Below are positions 23,663 to 34,865 of a DNA stretch of 64,000 nt, piece after piece; position 1 is the first letter of the stretch, and the number at the start of each line of letters is the position of its first letter. Source of the DNA: the human T2T-CHM13v2.0 reference genome, Homo sapiens. The stretch lies in the NCBI RefSeq assembly GCF_009914755.1, contig NC_060935.1, one strand, 5' to 3'. The notes beneath the pieces are model-generated. The model made no database searches. It saw nothing but the letters and a program-made list of their open reading frames with translations, and was not told the DNA's origin. The translations under genes and the position numbers were made by a program.

Positions 23663-26443
23663 CTCAGGCTTTATGTTACTGTCACCGAATTTGGCTGCTG
23701 CAGCTTTTAAGGCTAATGGTGGCTGTAATGTACCAAACAGTGCAAGAGAGAAGAGGAGTGGAAATTAATTTAGCTATCCATTTGTCAGGATTCAGACTGG
23801 AAGATTTTTTAGGAACTAATCTAAATCTAGGGGATAGCCTGGACCTTTAAAATGGGACACAGAATCATTCAGCTGCATAACCTTTAATCTGTTTGGAGAA
23901 AGGAGCAAATGTTAAATTCTACAAGTGTACTTTCTGGGCAAGATAAATATATATAAGACTGCTTGTTAAGACACAGTAAGCCTAGAAGATCACATCCATT
24001 AAGGCAACGAATTCTACAATGTTGTGTTAGTAGCAATTTTAGTTTAACTACTCTTGGGTGTGCCAGTGAGATTCTGGGCATTCATTACCACAAATGTATT
24101 TTGTGCGCAGGGAGGACTCAACTGCTAACATCAAGAGGCTAAAGTGCATCTATGAGATCATCTTACATTACCTTGAGCTGAGAGTCCAGTAGCAGAGAGA
24201 CAGAAGCAAAGACAAGTTTCTGTTAGAGGTACCTTTGATGTGGACAGAAATAGAGCATTGTTTATTTTTTAAATTTCCTCTTAAATGGAGTCTCTGCAGT
24301 CGGAACTGTGATAACAGTGAGTTGTAGCTGTTTGAGGACATAAGATTAGCTTTAGTCTGGAGTGAAGGATTAAGAGCTGTGAACTGAAGCGACTCTGCTG
24401 AGTTGCTGAGATTGATTGTGAGGGGGAGGAGTTCAGCGAGTGCTAAGAAAGGTCTTAAAAAAAAAAAGCATAAGCTAGTGAGAAGGCCAGCCGCAAATGA
24501 AAAGTGTTGTTCCATATAAAAGAGAAATGTGGTTGTTTATATACCACGTGAATAAGGTCTCGACTGCCTTAAAATGTAAACCTGGATAGCTACCTAACTG
24601 GCACCTTCTAGAATGAGTGGTAATAAATGCTGGCTCATACCCGGGCAAGTTCTGCGAAGATAAAATAGACTGGTGATATATTTTCTTAAAGGGTTAATAT
24701 ATGTAGGGCAATGGAGAATTACGCAGTATATTTTACACTAGTATCTAAAGGGCACTTCACAAGAGTAGGAGTCTAATTTGGCTTACGAACTGGGTAGGAG
24801 GCAAGAAATGTGAAAAGGTAAAAACCTAGTTCTTAGTATGAAAAGCTGATAGCACAGTTACTCTGGAAATCAGAGTTAGGAAGAAGCATCTTTGATATGC
24901 TGGTGAATAGTATAGAAAATGGAAAGAATCAATTCACTAGGTCAACAAACTGAGTTTACTTAAGTTTACAGAAGGAAGTAACAAAGAGCCAAAACAGAAA
25001 CACACACAGACAAGAATCTAGGAAGCAGCCTGGTTGGAGCTGAGTTTAGAGTGAGACATGAAAACCAACTGATGGATTTTCAGAAGATTTTAAATTAAGT
25101 GCTGGCACTGATGGTTTTGTAACCAATGTTGAGAAGCACTGGCTTCCTTAAGGGTTCTTTTTTCCACTGTAATGGGTAGAAAAGTGAAGAAAACTGAGAT
25201 TAGACAATCTGTTGTATATTCTATCAACTGATGAGGCCTCCTCTTTCTTTGAACACTCTGAATTTTCATCATCTCTATCTTACTGACTCCCATGAAAATT
25301 GGAAATGTCTCTAGCATGTCAATGAAAAGGACAGCAATGATATCTAGGGTGTTAAAAGGAGCTGACCATGAAGGGTGGGGAGTCAAATACTCAGTGTTCA
25401 TAAAGAAGTCCAGAGACAGGGGTGGGTACCAGGGCACACGGTTCAGATACCTTGCAGTCTCACCAGCTAACAAAATGCAGCGGAAAAGTTACTCTTTCAA
25501 GAGATATTTTTTTCTCACAGAATAATTACTTTCACATGTTTTTGTGTTAAGTCCCTGTAAACACAGGTTGGGAAGGCCTTATCTAGGGAAATCCTTCATG
25601 TCAAGTGGACATAGTGTGGCCAGAAGCTTTCCTACTTAGGTAGGCAGAAGAAACCCCATGGCTCCCAGACAAGCCACATCAAGCAGTATGAGAGAGCCAC
25701 TGGATGCCAGGAAGGGCTGGATGGCATGCCACCTCCCTCAGTGACAGAAACAAGAGACAGTAAAACTCATGCTGAATAAGAGTTTCAGACAGTCCAAAAA
25801 GATAAAGCCGCAGAGTTAGAACCACAGTGGCTGCCTCTTCCACTCTTCCAATATGTGACCGAGGGCAGGGAGGGGCACATGAGTGCTCAGCATGGAAAAG
25901 ACAGTGACTCCCTCTGATCTCTTGTGACTACCTAGGCAACACAAACAGGTAGTATCACTTGTCAGCGGGTACTCTCTGGAGCAGGAAGGATGACTATGCA
26001 TTTAGTAGCATGGCCCAAATAGGCACATTGAAGTTAGGTGTGTATATTTTCCCTTACATGGACTGAGATGAAACTAAGACAGAGACAAGATTGAAAGCCA
26101 CAGTACTTACCATTTCATCAAACATGTCTAAGCAGAAGCTATAGGCGTGTTCTCTAGTAGCCAGCTGCCATTTTCCCTAGCATTTTGCTTTGAATAGTGA
26201 TGCTTAAAAAAGAATTCTTTTATGCATAAGCTGCAAAATATCTGACGTACTGTTAAATGCTGGGATGTTTCTGAGGTCCTTAAGATTCAACTTAAGAACA
26301 TAGTATCTAATGTCGTTGGAGTTCCAAAATAAAGGAACGATTAAATTCCAAGGATTTAAAGGGAACTTTTCGGCTTCTTTTTATACATACCAGAAAGACA
26401 ATATACATTCAGGACATTTTCAATGGTAATGAAGATACCATAC

Positions 26444-26527
26444 CTGTGATGATGGTAAGGATGGTGGTGGTGGTGGTGGTGGTGGTGGTGGTGGTTGTTG
26501 TGGGAGGAGGGATAGTTGTGGGGGGAT
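26444..26527 (-). CDS. CADM1: CADM1 alternative exon 8 (84 nt), Thr-rich mucin-like stalk: DPPTTIPPP(T)13ILTIIT
   Basis: tttttctatccag|ATCCCCC ... ATCACAG|gtatgg; ORF 26409..26612; phase 1-1. Confidence 0.97.
26463..26495 (-). repeat. CADM1: Coding (ACC)11 trinucleotide repeat (poly-Thr) in exon 8
   Basis: (GGT)11 on the plus strand, preceded in coding order by two ACA codons, giving 13 Thr. Confidence 0.97.
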
Positions 26528-28336
26528 CTGGATAGAAAAAAAAAGGAAAATCAAACCCACAATGCTGAACACAACAATGACCAGTAATGACAAAACAAAG
26601 GCATGAGGACATTGAGATGTTTGTTTGATGGCTTCCCCCTTTAAAACCAAAAGTTCTTTCCCTGCAAGATTTATGTCTTGTAATTATATCCCAAAGCCTT
26701 AGTTGGAAGAGCTGAGAAAAGAAGAAAAGAGAATTTTCATTAATGAAGTGAATTAGGGATGAGGAGATGTGAAGAGAGGGGAGGAAAAATCAAAACATAC
26801 GACACCCCTCTTCCCTACCAGATTTCAAAGGTGAGGTTAAATCAACTCAGTACCAAGAGGGTACAATGGTTGTCATTTCGTTTCAGCTTTTACAGATGGC
26901 AGGAAGGAGGAGGAGGAGGTGGTGCTGCTCTATTAGGGGGCTCATATCAGCCAAGGATGAGCGTGCCCCTGCACACTTGCTCTCTGTGACTGTTAACTTC
27001 ATTATTCTCCATCAATACAACCCAGCAGGAAGTAAAACTACTTCTCTACTCATAATAAATACAAAGAAGAGAGAATGTCACCACTAAATATCAAGTTCCA
27101 GGCATGTGAGATTTTACTGAGATTTTATTCTTTAAAAGTCAATAAATTTTACAACTTATAAATATTAATAAGTTGCCTTTGCTCATATTAAAAGCTTGAC
27201 CTAAGTAGACTACAGTGATAAAACTGAAAGAACGTTTTCCATCTTGTAAACAAGAGAACTAAATATAAATGAGACTCGACCTTCAAAGCCAGGAACCTGA
27301 TAGGGAACCCTCTGTCAGATATTTGATATACTGTATATTCTTCTATCATCTCAAAAATTATTTGGAGACAAGGGAGGGGCAAATATGAAAGAGAAAAAAA
27401 AATTCTAAGCCCAAATGATCAAACTGAATGTGTTAAATTGTCAGCAAGACTTTGAACTAAGCAATCATTCTGCTATAATAGAGCATAAGACGATTTGAAA
27501 GCTTTTGATTTTAAATTTTATCTAAAGCATGTCAACTTTTTCTCCCTGACACATCTGGTGTCCTTTTATCTTCAAGTGAGCTCTCAGATTGTCTAATTAA
27601 TACATCAAAACTTTAATTATATACTGCACCTTTATTGGGTTTGGTGCAACTTCCCAAAAGTTTATAGAAATATTATTTTGGTGCTTGGTTGCAAAGTCTA
27701 CTTAAAATGATACCTACCATCGATCAACAATCTGAGCTTTTAATTTTCCTCACAAATTGCTTCTCTCACACAAACACACTTGGATGAAATTAACAGAGAA
27801 GAATCAACTGTTCTGTTCAATGGGAGGCTCCGTTCCTTTAAGATGGGGATACAAGCAGTTTACACTTTCATTTAAAGCAGCCTCACGTGAGTCCAAAAAA
27901 GGATGTCGTTTAAAAAAAATCTCATTCTCCTCCAAGAGGTAAAAATGGTTAAGTTAGTGATTTTAAACTACCTTTTTAAAAGAAAGGCAGAATGAGAAAT
28001 ACGGTGATTCAGGCCATGTGTTCAGTCTTGCTCCTTCACACTTTTTATGGAGGCCACAGGTAGGGAAGCATTTTGTGACCTGGAAACTCATTTGGATGCA
28101 CCTACACACCTGCTGCAGGTGTCAGCATAGATATAAATGAACCAAGTGCACTGACCCCTGAGCCCAGCACTAAAGACGTCCCGCTCCCTCCACTACACAA
28201 CTAAACTATATCCAGAGAGGTGCCTGCTGCCCAGCACAGGGTCAGTTAATGTGATTTTTCTGTTTTGCTTCAATTACTATATCTACTACTGAAAAGGAAC
28301 ATTTGTTCCTGGGAGATTTCCCCTGATATACTATAA

Positions 28337-28661
<325 letters not shown>

Positions 28662-29569
28662 TATAATCCTATTTCTGCACCTATTCTAAAAGTGTTGACA
28701 TAAAGTGTGTGATGTCCACAATACAATAAGAGTAGATCTGAAGGTGATTTGAAAATATGATTATGAACCAAGGGGTGGACCAGACTAATGAAGACACAGA
28801 CTTCAGAGAAAGGTCATCAGTCCCTCCCATTTTGTGCAAATCACACACTTTCAATTATCTTTATCACGACTGGGGCAACTGTTGTCCTTCACATCTGGCT
28901 AAAGTGACCTGAAAGAATTAGATTCCTTTAACAGGTAAAATAACTTCAGTGCTTAGATCATTTCTAGCAATAAGAGCAATGTGAGGCCACCACTTAAGAA
29001 AGTACAGAGTTGGAGTTAATGAGCTGTGCTTGACATGTAGAGGCTAAAAGAATAAAATCAGTTGGGGCTCAGGCACTAACCAGCTAGATTCTTCATGTGT
29101 AGAAGTTGCTTCTAGAGAGTTAAACTTTATGGGGGCTTGCTAACTTTTAGTTCATAAAATACTTCCAAAATTATGGTAGTAATACAACAAATCAGCTTTG
29201 GAAAGAAAATCTACTCAACACCTTCCCAAACTGCTAGAGTATTTTGTTAGTAGACTAGTAATACCTTAGGCTAATATTCTAATCTGTCATCCCAAGTATT
29301 GTTACTAGGACTGATTAGGGGAGATAGGTAGTATATTACAGATCTAGCAAATCCCTAGACAAGGATAGGTGTACCATCTTGGATTAGGGAGACATGTGTA
29401 TGTAGCTGTGTCTGCCTTTAACAGGTGGATCCCTATATTTCTTGGTTTTCAGATAATGCACTCTGGCCCAGACAGTTAATTCTAAAAGGATCATCTCATA
29501 TTGAAGGGGATTGTTCTACTGGAAAGCAGTGAGAATAAGAGAATATACAAAGAAAGACATACTTTGTTG

Positions 29570-29793
29570 TGGACTTTAGAGCCAAAGTATTTTGGTTCTA
29601 AAACACATTTAGAAACCTGGTGAAGTTGGGGAAAACTGTACAACCTTTCTGAACTTCAGTTTATCATCTGTAAAATGGGATCGTGATAATGCCTGCCTCC
29701 TGGTGTTATTGTGGAGATTAAAGGAGACCATGCTTGGAAAATCGTTACCATAGGGCATGGAATAAAGTGAGCACTAAATAAATGCTAGCTATA
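29570..29793 (+). mobile_element. MIR/MIRb SINE
   Basis: Core aacctttctgaacttcagtttatcatctgtaaaatggga; tail gcactaaataaatgctagctat. Confidence 0.8.
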
Positions 29794-31473
29794 AACTACT
29801 ATCCAAAATTATTCAAATATATCTGTCCATCAAACCCACAAAATGTTTCTTCTCTTGAAATGTAGGGGCAGTAAGTACAATAAATCAAAACTGTTTATCC
29901 AGATAACTTAGTGTTCTGAATCAAGGATGCACATAACAGACTAATGGAAATTTGTCACTGCTTTTTATAACCTGCAGTTTGTAAAGAGCTGGACTGAAAG
30001 CCAGTAAACCCGGGCAACAGCAATGTCAGGGACTCCCATGAGGCGCAGGCCCTTGTGTGAAGAGAGCACATGCAGAAAAAGGGAGGAATGTACTTTTCAC
30101 CCCCGCCGAGCAGTCTGTGGAAAGAGGTGGCTCTGCATATCGCCAGCTGAAAACGGGCCATGCTGTGTCCCCTCTCACCTATGTAGAAAAGCTGTTTGCT
30201 TCACATGGATTTCCTTAACTACTGGGAGAATTAATGTTATTATGTGTGAACAGACATAATACAACCACGGACAACATTGGTAGTGCGTAAAGATAAAACA
30301 TACTTCAGAAGTCTACAAATAAGGTGATTAGATGTGATCTTTTAATTTTGCATTATGCTAGGAAAAAAAACCTCAGGTATAGGCTAAGGATTATATTTTA
30401 ATATCCATGCAGATATGGTGTAAAGCATGCTTCTATTTGATTAAAAAGACTGCCACTCCTATTTTCTTCATAAGCAAAGTACCCTGGTTCTAAGACACTG
30501 TGGTGTGGATATTTCAAAGGTATAATTTATGTGTATCTAAACATTTATTCATATATACTTATATTTGGATTATTTACACTGGTAACATCAAGAAAAAAAT
30601 ACCCCCTTCACACACACACATTCAAATATTTATAACACATTGAAATGCCGATGCCTCTGGTTACTCATTCTTTGTCATGTCAGTTCATGGCTATTTTTTG
30701 GCATATGAGGCTTCAATTGAACAGAAGAGACTTAATTTGATATTATAAAACTAGAGAGGAGGTGCACATCTCAACTAAATAGAAAATATTCACCATTTGC
30801 AAAATCAACAGTAAGTTATAAACAGGAAGTAAGTTTAAGATGCCTGAAATGTAGTAGATGCTCAATAAATATCTGTTGACTAGAGAATAAAATTCATGAT
30901 GTTTTAATAATCCTGTAAAATGATATTAAAAAAACAGACACATTTTTTAAAAAAGCTTTTGTTCTGAAGCAGTAGCTACAGGTGGTTCATGTAGCTACAA
31001 GGGACCTTGTATTTGTTCTGAGTATTTACTGGCTTACAACATCTTTTGGAATTAATAGCTTCATGCTGAAAATAGAATAGTTCTGCTCATCAAAGCAGGA
31101 GAAAGCTAGCCCAGGTATCATAGTAAAATACCACTGGGAATAAACTTTCTGAGCTGAAAAGCTGCTAATTGGTAAGGCTGAATGTTTCAGTCATTACTTC
31201 TAACGTAATCTCCATGGCTTGTGCCTGAGGACACAGCTTTCCTTCTCAGCATGACCAAAGACTGTGATCTAGTAGAAACACCCACCATTAGAGGGAGAGA
31301 AGAAAAGTCACTATCCCAGGTGGAGACACTAGGGTCCACCTCAGGCCAGGCTTCTTTAAGTTCTAGAAGGAAACCAACTGGTTTTTGATTTTCAACTTGA
31401 CCAAAAGCTTTGAGAGTAAATCACAAGTAGCAGCTCCATGTGACTGACTCTAGTAGAAGAGCATTTTATCTTC

Positions 31474-31481
31474 TCACGTAC
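31474..31481 (-). CDS. CADM1: Exon 7 read-through tail (G-T-stop) of the soluble, TM-less CADM1 isoform
   Basis: TAC G|GT ACG TGA; ORF ends YVYGT*. A secreted three-Ig CADM1 splice form ending after exon 7 is known from recalled literature. Confidence 0.7.
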
Positions 31482-31654
31482 CGTATACATACAGCATATA
31501 ATCCGAGTGAGCTTTCCCCACTATGTTTGAAGCTTCACAGCGGTATGTACCATTATCTGTTTTGTTTAGGTTATTGATGAACAGGTTGGGCCCAGACAGT
31601 ACGGCGTGTTGAGGCATTTCATCATCGACTCTCACCCAAGTTACCATCACAGGC
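31482..31654 (-). CDS. CADM1: CADM1 exon 7 (173 nt), second half of Ig3: [57 protein letters not shown]
   Basis: cccctgcag|GCCTGTG ... GTATACG|gtacgt; ORF 31474..31680; DNGTYRC Ig motif; phase 2-1. Confidence 0.98.
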
Positions 31655-34600
31655 CTGCAGGGGGAAGGGGAGGAAGACAAGTCACATTATCATTCCCCAT
31701 TGCATCAAACTGCTCACCCACATGCAGGGTGACACAATTAATGAGGACCTACTGGAGATATTTTAAGTTCACAGAATTACAACTGTGAAGTCTCCAAAAA
31801 TCTGTTTGGTATACAATTTTTTTCTTTTAAACACGATCAGGTGTTGAAAAACTTTGAACAGACCACAAGCAGGAGTCTCATTATTTCCAATTCATGTTCG
31901 ACAAATCAACAAATAAAACAGTGTGCCTATTTTTATGCCCCGCTGTGTGGTTTCACACCAACTCAGGCAGGACAGACCTCACCCATTGTTAACATCTCAT
32001 TAATTAGGAAAGAAATCAAGTTCTTGGCTAGTGATACATGCATTCATCTGATGGTTACTAACACACCAAGACTTGTTTAGAAGCCTCTTGTGATATTTAG
32101 ATGGATTTTGAGTTTCACCAAAAGGAATGGACTTTTATATCTGAATAGTGCTTTTCTTGGGCCTCTGTTTGAAAAACCACCTTTGATTCTGGAAAGATGT
32201 AATCATTTCCTCTTCCCTTTAACCCCTCCCCATAACCTGCATCCCCCTACCCAGAATGCCACCCCTGTCTCTGATGCCCTAGTCCACCATGTCTATCTGT
32301 TCCTTGGCAAATTGCCTTCTTTACTGGCTCTCCAAGGCCTGCATATTGTGAGAACTTTCCCTGTGTGTGCACCTGCAGCTCCCCAAGCTCGTGGGTAGGG
32401 CTCTCAGGCTAATCACCATGGCATGCATTCCACATGGATCCCTTAGGGCCCAGGGCATTTGCTCATCAGAGACAAGTTTGTTTTAGTGATTTAAAGTGCC
32501 ACATTTGTATCCATCAGGAAAAAGCAAATTTCATAAGATTCGCCAAAGCTAAAAATGCATACACACCAAGTATCTTTTGAAAACTTCCATTCTTCAAGGC
32601 ACTTCCCTCAACCTCCTATGAAGTTGAGGCCACATTTAGAATTGTGCCTGAAAACTTTCATTTTGAAGGAAGGACAACAGAGATCCAGCACACAAGTGAC
32701 TTCCTTCCAGTTCCTACAGCTGCCTCTAGGAGCAGCGACACGACAAGAGACCCATGCTTAATGATGAACGGATCCTCAAGTTAGCCCTGTCAAGTAGCAT
32801 TCCAATTTTCAAATGGGATGTGAAGTTACAATTTTTCTTTAATTACACATGGGTTTGTCATCACAACCCAGTAAATTATTTAAAAATTAGTACTGCATAT
32901 GTCCTCCTTGTAGGCAATGGCAAATGGGCCTGCCTGGCAATCAGACGTAATGTCCTGCTGCTTGACAGCTGAAACAATCAGTAGGGGTAACTGCTGAGAA
33001 TCTTCACAACATTTAATGGCAAGTTAAATTACCATTTTTATTGTATGCAATTTCTTGAGAAAATAAATAAGTAACATGCTAGAAGGGGTAGCAGTAGAGT
33101 AATGTGAGCTTGCTCACACAACCATATACTGGTTCCTATTTGAAAGGAACAAACAAATCCCTTCTCTGGCATAAATGTCCTGAAGGAAACATGTAATTTA
33201 CTGTCCCCGTGGCACATTCAATTGAACGAAGTACCTTCTTCAGGGGAAAAATACAAAAACAAAGTATAGGTTAGCAAGCCATAGACTGTAACTGTGGTTA
33301 ATGTGGCCGAGCACGGGTATTGCAAGCGGCAAGAGGCCTCTGAGAATTTTTTTTTCTTACTCCATTGGATTATTCTGGAAGAAAGCTGCTAATTAGGGAA
33401 TAATTCAAACTGTTTACAAAAAGAAAGATCTGAATCTTTGGCAGTGCTCAAAAGAGAAAAAGATCACTCTGCTGAAGCTCGAAGCATTCAAAACCAAATA
33501 ACTTGGAAACACCAGAGGGAAAGTGAAACAGAACCAAGACCACTTTCCAGCTCCTAAAGGTCATTTAAAACTCCGCATGGTTAGCACAGAGGGAAGGAAA
33601 TTCCAGCACATGGAGAGGTAAGTGCAAAGATAGGGAGGGTTGAAATGAGAAGAGAGAACCAACAGCAGGCAGAGCCCCCTTTGGCTTTCTGGTCTCTTGT
33701 CATAGATCATTCCTTAGTTAAAGTAGGGAGGCTTCTTTCCAGAGATTTCTGGGGAAGCTTTGTTAAGATGCTCTGAATTCTTTATATGAAAACTGTGATG
33801 ACGCTGGCTAGCAAAACTCTTTGAGGGAAAAAACAAAATCATACTACGGGGACAGCAAAGGGAGCTCAATGCTGTTTTTTGTTGGGTACCACTAAAGTTT
33901 GAGCGTCCTTAATCCCAACATTGACCTATTATTCCATTTCATGAATCCTCAACTTGTTTTTTTCTTTCCCCCACTAAGGAACAGTTAAAAACAATCTTTA
34001 CTAGAAACACTAAAGAAGTGTCCCCTGCCCAGTAAGTAAACTGAATAATAGTTAAAATGGTACCACTGTGTGGCTTTTTTTCTTGTATTAGTGATGATAT
34101 ATGTAGTTCCTCAAATTCACTTTGGATCATTTCACAGGGCAACTCAAGTGGCTCCTTTATACTTTCAATAAAATAAGAGTCTTAGTTGTTTCTTCTTTTT
34201 CTCTTATGAAGTGGCATATATATCCTCCTTAAGAAAAGTTCCTGAGCTTTTCCTTACTAACAAAAATATTTCTGGGAGTCAAGTATGAATGACACTTTTC
34301 TTTGAGGGAAGAAGATGCAAAATTAAAGGTAGGGCAAATTCATTTGCCTACAGCTGGCCCTAAACATAGCAGCTTAATGTAAGTCTTAAAACCATCTTTC
34401 TAGCAGCTTAGACATTAACACAAAAGGTGGCAGATATATCATTAGATTGTAGGGACACCAATAATTTATTAGGATTATTTTTTTGTGTGTGAGAGAAAAT
34501 AGTCCTGACAATCATGTTGATAATAATAAAATAGAATTAGCTGAGATTTCAATCTTAGCGGGCATTTAATTTTTCTCCCAGTCCTGACCATTAAGAACTA

Positions 34601-34765
34601 TGGATATTTATTTCCACTCTCACTGAATATTCTTTAGTTCCTGAAAAACCATCCATCCTTTGCAGCAGGAGACAGGTGACAGGCCAAGGACTGGTGAATG
34701 CACATGTCTGTGTTGTGACATTTACTGCGCATGACCCTCTGCCAACTTTGGCCTTCAGAACTTAC

Positions 34766-34865
34766 TGGGGCTTCCCGATGGCTTCACATGTTAACTCAAG
34801 CGCGTCCCCTTCCCGGGTTAAGCCTTGTAGAGGATAAGTCATCTGAATGTGCACTTGAGGCTTAT
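34766..34865 (-). CDS. CADM1: CADM1 exon 6 (100 nt), first half of Ig3: [34 protein letters not shown]
   Basis: gtcacacag|ATAAGCCT ... AAGCCCCA|gtaagt; phase 1-2; read by hand. Confidence 0.98.

Noticed and set aside
26057-26127. Microexon-like patterns ctcag|TCCAT|gtaagg (5 nt) and cttag|17 nt|gtaagt
   Set aside because: Non-3n lengths and no supporting context; kept as evidence that such patterns arise by chance, which tempers the microexon findings.
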